NCBI RefSeq assembly: GCF_018977255.1
Contig: NW_024704743.1
Location: 53,818,001 to 53,882,000 of the forward strand
Origin: Callorhinchus milii
Taxonomy: Eukaryota
DNA: 64,000 bases
Direction of reading: 5' to 3'
Positions 53,659 to 64,000 of this stretch are shown one piece after another (position 1 is the first letter of the stretch; each line of letters opens with the position of its first letter). The position numbers and the translations under genes are program-made. Below the pieces are notes generated by a model. It saw only the letters and a program-made list of their open reading frames with translations, had not been told where the DNA came from and searched no databases.

Positions 53659-54184
53659 GTGGATGTCAAATTTACTAGTCTTGTATCCTGGGTAACGTTT
53701 GTTACCTTTCTTAAAAATAGCAGTAACATCTGCCTTTCTCCAGTCCCCGGCACGCTCCAGTGTTCAGTGATTTGTGCCAGCGTTTCTGCAACTTACTCTC
53801 TTAGTTCCTTAAGGATCCTTGGATTCAATTTATCTGGCCCCTGATATTTATTAACTATAGCTGTTTGGCAACCATGTTGTTAGTGATGTGAATAGCATTG
53901 CAACTTTCCTCTGTGACAACATTGAGTTCTCTTTCCAGATCAGATTGGTTACCGGTCTGCTCCTTAGTAAAAACTGAAACAAAGAACTTGTTTCAGAACT
54001 TTGGAGAGGAAAGTGAGGTAGGAAATGGGGTGTCAGTTTGAGATAGAGATGTGTCCAGGGAGGGTTTTTGAAGGATGTGAAGGGCACTGTATAAATGCAA
54101 TTTGTTGTTTTTCACTATTCTAACTTTTTTTAACAAACTTTGAAACTATCGCTAACCTTTTATCTCTTGTTGCCTTGTTCCTAC

Positions 54185-54250
54185 CATCTGTTTTAGAAGT
54201 GTGACCACTTCAGTTCTTGATCTGGTATAAACCAGTTTGTAGATTACAAA
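54185..54250 (-). pseudogene. 66-nt exon-like segment (broken duplicate at 44756-44819)
   Basis: gtcag|FVIYKLVYTRSRTEVVTLLKQM|gtagga. Confidence 0.4.
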
Positions 54251-55412
54251 CTGACTGGGCAAATTCATAGGTGTGACTCAAGCAAACTTTACCACAGAGG
54301 TGTGGCAGAAAGTGAAGCAATGAACAAAGCAACTCAAGTTGAAAAAAATTCAGTGTTACCACATTCATAATAATAATAATCCTTACATGTGATATAGCAT
54401 CTTCTCACGTCTTTGAGATGTCTCAAAGCTCTTCACTGTAAATTGGTGTGAATGTATTTTTTTTGTCAGGAATTTATTGGAGGAATCTTGTGGGAAATTG
54501 GTTGGCAAGCTAAGTGGACTGATAGTCTAAAGCCTGAAAGTCATCACTTAATTCTATGTTCTCCGAATAGAATCAAAGCATTGTAGTTTTTTGTAATCAA
54601 CCCTTTATTGGTGTCTTTTAATTTACGTGATCTTCGTGGATTTACTTTATTCACTTCTAAATTGCTAAATTGGTGTTTAATGTGCTGTATTCACTAATGC
54701 ATATCGGGGCTATCTCTCTCCTTGGGAAGTGACTGTGAATGTATTTGTACCATTATAGTTTTAAGCAGATCTTTGGCTAGGTCTATGGTGTGAGGGGTTG
54801 GAATGCTTTTTAGAATGTGCCTCTGTATAGAGAATGGGTATGGACCATGGTTCAGGTATATATGACATTCAGTGTAGTGCTGTGGGTGCCGTCCTTTGTA
54901 TGAGACATTAAACTGAGGTCTGTTTGCCTATTCAGGTGCACGTTAAAGATCCCCTGGCACTATTCGATAAGAGAAGGAAGTTTCTCTTGGTGTGCTAGCC
55001 AACATTCCATCAAATAAAATTGGATACTTACTGCATGGCTGTTTGTAGGACATTGCTGTGCACAAGCCTCCTCTGTTTGTTTACAAAATGTACACATTCA
55101 CATAACTTTAGTGTGAAGCACTTTAACAGTTCTTGACAATGTGCTCAGGTGCTATATCAAATGCAAGGATTATTATCTATTATTATTAATCCCAATGCAT
55201 ACATGTATATAAGATTGTATCCAGTGTACCATCAAATAGGAAAGCTGTGAAACATGTACTATTGGAGTAGGCACAAGTGAACAGGGTCTTTTCTAACATA
55301 GTGTTGCCTTCTTAACTGTACCAAATTCATCCTGTATCATTGAAGACCCAGACAATCTCTTTTAATGAATAATACCAACAATTTCCATTTATATAGTGCG
55401 CTTCATATAGGG

Positions 55413-57576
55413 CTGGGGTGGGCAATTATTTTGGCTGGCGGGCCACTTCACGAGTTTTGGTAAGCTTCGCAGGCCACACACTTAATATAGATGCAAATGC
55501 TAAATAATAGATCAAAATCAAGTCTTACACTTGTATTTGCATAAGATAGTCTATATAATTGACATTCATTAAAATTAGGTTAAATAAAAACAACTCATTG
55601 AGCAGACATTTGATATTTATTCAGATTGATGAGAATGTGAGAAGCTCACTCAATGGATGAAAGCGCTGATGTGCGTTAACCAGACAATTGAAGTCAGGTA
55701 TCATTTCCGTTGTTGCAATGCGGAGTACTGCTGAAATGCGGTCATCAGTCATCACAGATCTATGCTTTGATTTATTGAATTTCATCACAGAAAATGTCTC
55801 CTCGCATATGTATGTTGATCCAAATAGCACAAGCATCCTCCGGGAATGAGTCTTTATTTTTGGAAAGCTATATTCATTAAGAGAGGTGTAAAAACTGGGA
55901 AGCGGCACTGATTTGAATTGCTCTAAGCAATGGATCACCTTGCAGGTCAATAAGCTCGAGTTGGAGATCAAATGGGACTTTGACAACATCAAATGAGAAA
56001 GGTGAAGAGACCAAAGACAGGTCATTTCCAATCAAATTGAAATCCTGGAATGGGTGAGAAAATTCGACATGTAAGTTAAGTAGTGACTAAATATACTTTT
56101 TAAGGCTTTGATCGTAAACAGTAATCTGCTGCAAAGTTGGAAAGTGGCCAAAGGCCTGTTTCCTATTTGACCTGATAAAATAAATTTCGTCATAAATGAC
56201 TTCACACTGCAATACAAATCGTGCACAAAGGCCCCCTTCCATTACAGTTTTGAATTTGGTTCATTCATGTGGCCCATGATATCAACGGCAAATGCGAAAT
56301 CAGAGAGCCAATTCCCATCATTCAGCTGTGGGAAATCTGAATCTTTTTGTTTCATGTCGAAAAATAAATAAATTTCTATTCTCAGTTCCCACATTCTTCA
56401 AGACCTTTCCTAAACTAAGCAATTTTACATTCGTGCGATACAGAACATCCGTGTGCTCAGATTCCAATTCCTCAAGCAGAGTTACAAATTGCCTGTGGTT
56501 TAATCCTCTTGCTCAAATGTAGTTGACCACTTTCGTAACTGTGTCCATGACAGAGACACTAGATAATGCAGTGTAGAAAAACAATATTCTGTTCTGGATT
56601 TGCTTCTTTGACTTGATCTTGAATTCTTTTCAGTAACCCAACATTTTTGCCTGTCAGATTTGGGCTTCTATCGGTGGTCACTTTCACCAATTTTTTCCAC
56701 TCCACTCCTAATTTTAATATACACTTATTTACTGCCTCCAAAAAGGTTTTTCCAGTTGTCATATCTTTCATTGACTGCATTGATGCCAATTATTCTGTGA
56801 GCTCAAAATATTTGGCGATGCCTCAAATAAAAATTATTAACTGGGCTGTGTCTTTGACATCTAGTGCCAGTGAAAAACATGCAAAATTGCTTACTTTATT
56901 TTGTGAGTGAGAGACCTGGGTTCAATTCCCTGCAGGGCGAAACCTTGGGCAAGTTTCCTTACTCCACATGCCTGACAATAATCCCTCAACAAAAAAATAA
57001 TAATTTGGTCACTTCAATCCATGATTGTGGGACACGACTGTGCTCAATTGGCTGCCATGTTTCACCCACAAAATATACACTCAATTCACTTTGTAGTATA
57101 TTATGTGAAGTGCTTTGAGACGTCTGGAAGACGTGAAAAGCGCTATATCAAATGCAAGTATTATAACTACACACTTTTTTCATTTTAATTTTTTTTATTT
57201 TATTTGTTTTATTTTCCACCCACACTGCTAAAAAAAAATTGAAAGTCCATTCTTTGTTGAATATTCGGCCTTCAACGTCCACTTTCCGATTCTTTAATAA
57301 ACTAATTTCAAGTTAACGTTCTCTTCAGCGAAAAGTATTGCCGCGGTTGCCACATACACGCGTTTGAAAATTTGCTGTATGTTTCTGACATCAGCCTGAT
57401 TCAATATTTAAGTGAGTGTGCGCACCACTAAGGAGTGCGATTGGCTGATGTTCCCGATCAGATTCAAATGCGAAATTTGTGCGACTTTCTGGGACTGAAC
57501 GAACTGGAATCTTTTCTATCGCTAGACACAATGACGGGCCAGATATGGCCAGCGGGCTGTCTTTTGCCCACCCCTG
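55413..57576 (-). mobile_element. hAT (Charlie/SPIN, GTF2IRD2-like) DNA transposon, decayed, with SINE at ~56905-57165
   Basis: TIRs CTGGGGTGGGCAA / TTGCCCACCCCTG; flanks ATATAGGG / ATATAACG; transposase motifs TTD..PNLTG, LHCII, LFGSTYICEETFSVMK. Confidence 0.92.
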
Positions 57577-57761
57577 ATATAACGTTTTGGAGTGTTTTGA
57601 AAGACGGGGTAGACACCACGGACGGAGGTGGCCACAAGCATGTTCAAAATGATAAGATTCGGCAGGACATACAGACTAAAAGAGAGGGGGGGGAGCGTGG
57701 TAGAGGGAGAAAGTTCCAGAGGTTTGGGACATAGGGTCTGAAGGCTTGGCCATCAATGGTG

Positions 57762-58000
57762 GCGCAATTGGGTGGGTTTGGGGGTGCGCAATCAGGGGGA
57801 GGTATGCCGCGCTGCAATCGGTTGTGTGCACAATCGTGGGTAGCGTGCAATCGGAGGCTCTCGGTGTGGGGGGCAGGGACTCGCTCTCGGGGTGGGGAGG
57901 GGCTATCGGGGGTCGGGGGCCTATGGGGAGGCGGGGAGCTATCCCGCTTGGGCTATCGGGTGGTTGGGCTATTGGTGATGCTGGGTGCTGTAGGGCAGAT
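57762..58000. repeat. G/CpG-rich degenerate minisatellite
   Basis: Repeated GCAATCGG then GGGCTATCGG motifs. Confidence 0.6.
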
Positions 58001-58732
58001 TCCATAGCAGGCAGCACAACTTAAAAACATGTATGGACAGGGAGTTGTTTCTAAGTTGTAGTTTACAACTACATACTTTGCTCTTCTGCCATCCGAGGCA
58101 TTGTCAAGATACTTTACTGGCTGGCAAATGCAAAATTGCTTTGTGCTATGGTTGCTTCTTTTGATGACCATTGTATCATGTTCTGTTTATTAATGTTACC
58201 TTTGCAGTGATGATTGTGACTTCCAAGGGAAGCAAAGTAGGATGAAATTCTAGTAGATTTATTAAGAAAGAGTTATAAAGGTTTTTTTAAGTTAAGAGGA
58301 AGACACTTTACAGAGGGAAGTTAACGCAGATCGTTTCTGAGATGCGCATAATGATCTCGAATGTCAAAAGAGCAACCGATCAGATTGACAGAGCTGCCCC
58401 CAACACAGCCAGTAATCACCAGATCAAAGTCATTAATGGCCTCGGAATACTGTCTGGATATATTATAAAAAAACATGGCAAAAACAATAAATGCAAAGTG
58501 GCAGAGAGGAGCCATAGCCATTTCACTAAGACAAGTCAAATTGTATCAAACAAAGGGGTTATGCGGCTTCAAATGTAGCTTCAAAAGTACCGTGGGATCT
58601 TTAATGTTCAACTGAACGGGCAGACAGGACCTCAGTTTGATGTCTTATCCGAAGGAACGGCACATCTTCCCCCTCACTGCTCGCCCAGGAGTCGGGGGGG
58701 GGGGGGGGGGAAAGACAGGGACGAGGAGGTGG

Positions 58733-58990
58733 AACAACAACTTGGATTTATATAGCGCCCTCCATGCCAGACGGCGTCTCAGAGCGCTTTACGTTCAGGA
58801 TCCCGGGGCCAAGCCAGGGGGAGGAAGGTGACCAAGGGCACGGTCGAAAAGAAAGGTCTTCAGCAGAGACCTGAAAATAGGAAGAGAGGGGCGAGTTGCA
58901 GGGAGTGAGGAAGGGAGTTCCAGAGCCTCGGGACATAGTGGCTGAAGGCACTGTCGCCGAGGGTGGAGCAGAGAACTCGGGAACAAGGAA
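58733..58990 (-). mobile_element. L2 3' end
   Basis: Matches 33540-33800 subfamily. Confidence 0.88.
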
Positions 58991-59331
58991 ACGTCTGAAA
59001 ATAAGGACATGGAGTCAACAAGATGCAAAAGTATCTTTTTTTTATGTAAAGATATAAAAAGGTCAGGTGGCGTGACATAGCCCAATATTGTTCTTTTAAC
59101 ACAAAATACTGCAGTGGGTCTTATTAGTGGGGTGGTACTGTAGTGCAGCACCCCTGAAACAGCAAAAATGTCCTCCAAAGATGTCCTCAATGCTGACCTG
59201 AGTATTTGTATATTGACTTCTTCTGTAACAATGAAGTGTTGATTCTGAATCTTATTGTTGATGATAATTCTTTCTGACCATAATCGGCTTTGAGACTTAT
59301 CAACTGTCGAAGACAGTCTTAACCCTTTGTA
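58990..59331 (-). pseudogene. Long open reading segment in non-repeat DNA, cut by an L2 fragment
   Basis: ~114 stop-free codons (GLRLSSTVDKSQSRLWSERIIINN...LRSALRTSLEDIFAVSGVLHY...). Confidence 0.45.
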
Positions 59332-59839
59332 TTAATACTTCCCATTTGTAACACTATTGAATCAAAGAAGTTGTATTATATTTTGTTGCTAGTATTATCC
59401 TCTCCCAGGATATTAATTCTTTGCATTATGTGGAATTGGAGTCTGCCTGCAGCTGAGATGGATTTTCATCGCAGGTGAAAGACCTGGTAGGAGGCGTGAC
59501 CAGATGGAGTTTTAATGAAAGTCCAATTGGAAGAAGCCGATCCGACACTACATCACCTTACCAATGCGAAGGCCTCCGGTACAGAGTATTAATGTCGAGT
59601 TCCTAAATGTTGCTCTTAGAGAGGGAAGAGAGAACAGTGTGGGTGTTGTAACGCTCACCTTGGAGTTGCCTTTCCAACAATCAGTAAAATTCTGTTTAAG
59701 ACACACACTACCAAAGTTTCAGAGTCCAATGTGAGATCTGTCCACCAATAGGGGACCTTAGCGAGACCGAGAACTAAGGAATCTCACTTTCCTGAAATTT
59801 TAGTGTCTCTTAGTATGGCGTTTCTGCAATGGTTAGATA

Positions 59840-61322
59840 CAATACACCTTTACACGTATATAGCACATTTCACATTCAGAGGACATCCCCAGACCTTGAC
59901 AGTCCTATCTTGGCACCTGAGCTGGGGGTGGGAGCTGAGGAGGGGAAAAAATGACCAAAGTCCCGGTCAAAGAGGAAGGTCTCAAGATGGACCTAGAAAG
60001 AGGTGAGGGAGAGGTGAGTCAGAGGGTATATGGGAATGTATTATAGAGCGTGGGGGGTAGATAAGCTGAAAGCCCAACCACTGATGGTAGAGTGGGAGCA
60101 TGAACAAAGGGAGCAGCTGGGTGATACAAGTCGAGGAGGTTGCAGAGCACGGGGCAAGACCATGGACAAATTTGAAGTGGAGAATGAGGACCTTGAACGT
60201 GATCCACTGGGGGATGGGGAGCCAATGGAGCAATAGGGGTGATAGGCTCATGGAACCTAATGCAGGAAAGGACACAGGCTGCAGTTCTGGATAGTCTGCA
60301 GCTTGTATGGGGAAGAGCTGGGAAGTCTGATGAGTAGAGCATTGATGTAATCTAGCTTTGATTTGACAAATACATTGATTAGGTAGCCTGCGGGGAGAGG
60401 TAGTGGTGGAGAAGGGTAATATCATGGAGGTGAGGCAAAAACAGAGTTGTTCAGAGTGCAGATGTGGAGTTTTAAAACAACAAGATTACATTTGTATAGC
60501 GCCTTTGACATTGGGACGATGTCCCAAGGTGCTGGACAGTGTACAGCGTTTCAGACCCAAGCTGGGGTCAGAGGGGAGAAGAGCGGGGAGGGGAAGGGGG
60601 TGACCAATGACATGGTTGAAGAGGAGGGTTTTGAGGTGGGACTTGAAGGAGGCTAAGGAGGGGGTGAGGCAGAGTGATTGGGGAATGGAATTCCAAAGGT
60701 TGGGGGCAGTGGCTGAAGGCTGTCCCGTCACAGGTGGGGTGGATCGAGAGACGTGGGGCAGGCCGGAGCCGGCTGAGCGGAGGGAGCGGGCGGGTTGGTA
60801 GGGAGTTAGGAGGTCACAGAGATAGGATCGGGTGAGGATATTGAGGGCTTTGTAGGTGAGGACCAGGATCTTGAACTGGATCCTCTGAAGGTTAGGGAAC
60901 CAATGGAGTCGGGTGAGAATTGGGGAGATGGGGCCACGGAGTTTGGTGCGGGAGAGGACATGGGCTGCGGAGTTCTGGAATATCTGCAGCTTCTGGAGGG
61001 AGAAGTTGGGAAGGCTGATAAGCAGGGTGTTTGCAGAGTCGAGCCTGGAGGTGATGAAGGCATGAACAAGAGTTTCAGGGGCCTGAGGGGTGAGGTAGTG
61101 GTGGAGTCAGGCAATGTTATGGAGGTGAGGAAAGGCAGAGAGGGTCATGGCTTGGATGTGGGGAAGAAAAGACAGTTGAGGGTCAAACAAGACACCTAGG
61201 TTCCTGACTGGTTTGGTGAGTTGAAGTGTGCAACCATGGAGGTTGATGCTGCCAGAGCCTGAGGTGCAGAGATGCTGGCACGAGCCAATCAGGAAGGCCT
61301 CAGGCTTGTTCACATTCAACTT
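59840..61322 (-). mobile_element. Two tandem L2 3' fragments (old 59840-60445; young 60475-61322)
   Basis: LHWLP, VRNLGVLFD, tails. Confidence 0.88.
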
Positions 61323-61879
61323 TAAAGGCCAATTTGGAGTTGAAAAACATAGCCCAGCTCACCAAAACAAGAATAAATACACACAAATGCAATAATAATA
61401 CTTGCATTTGATACTTGAATCTGCCTGTTCAGGTGGATGTTAAAGATCCCATTGCACCATTTGAAAAGAGAAGGGAGTTTATTCCAATGTCCTGGCCAAC
61501 AGTCCTCAAATAAAAATTGGTCAATCACTCCATGGCTGTTTGTGGGACATTGCTGTGCGCAAGCTGGCTGCCGCGTTTCAACAACACTTGACAGTATGTC
61601 TGTGTAGCTCTTTGAGATGCCTTGATGAGGCACTTATCAAATATAAGGATTATTGTTATTGTTATTAATATTATTTAAGTTTAATAATAATAATCTTTGG
61701 ATTTGATATAGCTCCTCATCATGTCTTCAAGACATCTCAAAGCACTTCACAGAATACACTGTTCACATCGGAGGACGTCCCAAGGTGGTAGACAGTGATC
61801 CTTTGCACCCGAGCTGAAGGTTGGAGTCAAGAGGGTTGAAGAGCAAAGGGGGTGGAGGTGGGAGGATGATTGAGAAGTC

Positions 61880-62205
61880 CCGTAGCATGGTGGTTAGCCC
61901 ACTCGCCTCGCAAGCGGGCTAACCTTAGGCAAGTTTCCTTACTCCACATGGCTCTGTTTACCTAGCAATAAGTAGAAACACAGTTGTTAGCCGATTAGTA
62001 GATTGCTTTCCGAAGATAATAATTCCTCCAAAAAAAGATTGGGTCAGTCAATCCATGACTGTTTGTGGGATACTACTGTGCACGATTGGCTGCCATGTTT
62101 TGCACACAAAATACAGTCAATCCACTTTACAATGTATTCTGTTAAGCGCTTTGAGATGTCTCAAAGACCTGATAAGGCACTATATCAAATGCAATGATTA
62201 TTATT
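61880..62205 (+). mobile_element. tRNA-derived SINE (long subtype, diverged)
   Basis: ctgtttacctagc insert, Deu-like core, ATT tail. Confidence 0.8.
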
Positions 62206-64000
62206 ATCATTGAAGACACGGTCAAAGAGGTCTTAAAATTGGCCTTTGAAAGAGGTAGGAAGCAGGCGAGGTGGATGGACTTCCAGAGGATGGGTCCATG
62301 AAGGCTGGAGTGGGCAGGGCAGTGGACATGGAACAAACAGGTTGGTAACCCTTTAATAGGTGTGAAAGACACAATAAAAACAGGATATTGATAAGAATTA
62401 GTATTGATTGCTTTAGCTTAGCACCTGAGACCATGAGTTAATTCATCAGAGTTTCAATCAGAGTTAATCAGGGTGATTTCCCCAGCCTTCCCCTGATCAG
62501 ACAGATAGGTGACACGTCTACGAGGAAGCTCAATTAGAATAGTTAATTGCTGTTTGCGATGCCATTAAAACCAGTACTGCGATTTTTCCTTTGAAACTCG
62601 TAACAATACTCAATGATACCCCATGCTGACTGACTTGTCTCAATTTTAAAAAATGACTTTTTCTATATTTGCTCTCAATCCTATGAAGAGACTTTCTGTG
62701 TCCACTTGTTCTAGTTCTGATGAAAAGATCACAGCTGTGAATTACTGTCTCTTTCAAACATTGTTTGACCTGCTGTCCATTTTCACCATTCCCTCTTTTT
62801 GTTTCAGATTTCCAGCATCTGTAGTTTTACTTTTTGGCTACATTTTCGTGGTCATTATCTTGTCACATCAATTGGATTCAGGCCTTCTTTCTTACTAAAT
62901 GGGCAACATGGTCAAAACCTCCACAATACCGTTCCACCAGTCACCGTGTCAAATGACTGAGTTATTGTAGATCAATTTTATTGCAAAATGGCCCATCTCA
63001 AATGTTTCTCAGAGAAAAGCCACATCATTTTGCAATGAAACCCTGTTATTGTCAGTTCACGTTTACTGTCACTTCTTTTGGTTGTCAGACTGAAAAAGGC
63101 AATTACTGGAATGTCTAGACAAAAAAGGCAAAGAAACAAGCTGGAAATCATCCACTCTTGTCTACCAGCCATTTGATAAGGTGCTTCAATGACACAGAAC
63201 CAAATTTAAATGAGCATCCAATTTCTTTGCTGAGAAATGAAAATTTGAAAGCATTTTGTGATATTATTCTCACATCAAAATTTAGAATGATTTGACTTTA
63301 TAGTTTAAAGAACAGCAATGATATTTGATAATCTTTCACAAAGTGTCCTCATTCACCTTTTGGTTCAGTAGCCGCTGATAGTCATGTTTCCATCCAAGAA
63401 TGTTGTCTGTAAAATCCTTATGGTTTTTTACAACTCATTGCATGTGAATATCTTTAACTCTGGTCATGCCACTATCCACACAGGTGTTTTCTGAGTAAAT
63501 GAATGAATTCTCATCCCCGATTGAAATACTCTCAACAGATCTCCAGTTTGCAGCTCTAGAGCAGTATTAATAATTCTTGCATTTGATATAGCATCTATAA
63601 TGTTGAAACATTTCACCAAGTTTTGCGCACAAAACCTAGTCAATTCACTTTACAGTATATTCTGTGAAGCTTTGAGATGTCTAGAAGACATAATAAGGCA
63701 TTATATCAAATGCAAAGATTATTATAAGATAAGAGCTCATAGGATACAGTCAGAGGAGCACAGCAATGTTTATTACCAATGCGTTTCTTTCTCTATCCGA
63801 GCAAGCACCAATGCTTGACAATCTACCCCTGACACATTAACAACACTCCACCCAGTGTGGATCAGGCATGGATGATTTTCTGTTAACTTAAAGTTTAAAA
63901 CATCAACAATTGGAGGTTTTGAATGTTTTTTTTATTGCTTTTGCAAATGTTACTTCACAAAACATGTCCATATTAAGTCTAGTCAAAGAATATCCTTAAA

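Noticed and set aside
55621..56800. GTF2IRD2/EPM2AIP1-like host gene
   Set aside because: Has TIRs, TSD-like flanks and multiple stops, so it is a dead transposon
62712..62835. Second functional hammerhead
   Set aside because: CTGATGA is present but stem II and GAAA are lost
28600..64000. CDCA7L or DNAH11, the human downstream neighbours of RAPGEF5
   Set aside because: No recognisable zf-4CXXC or dynein motifs in the segments I translated; not excluded without a search

Overview
Vertebrate genomic DNA, probably a cartilaginous fish. This is inferred from the L2/CR1 LINEs, Deu-domain tRNA SINEs and a shark-type Penelope-associated repeat, and is not proven. Positions 3.4-28.6 kb hold the 3' part of a RAPGEF5-like gene on + (12 coding exons covering the RA-like region and CDC25/RasGEF domain, stop at 25566-25568, long 3' UTR). 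One exon junction is 1 nt short, and one acceptor appears to be supplied by the tail of an inserted L2. From ~28.8 kb onward the region is rearranged and decaying. It contains a geminin (GMNN)-like gene whose three middle exons lie on - while its stop-containing last exon lies inverted on +, scattered exon-like remnants of an unidentified minus-strand gene, a patchwork of local duplications and large inverted repeats (40.8-55.1 kb), a nested hAT transposon and a degenerate minimal hammerhead motif. Almost all long ORFs in the supplied track are LINE fragments or their antisense shadows. Exon calls are hand translations compared with recalled protein sequences; no database search was run.
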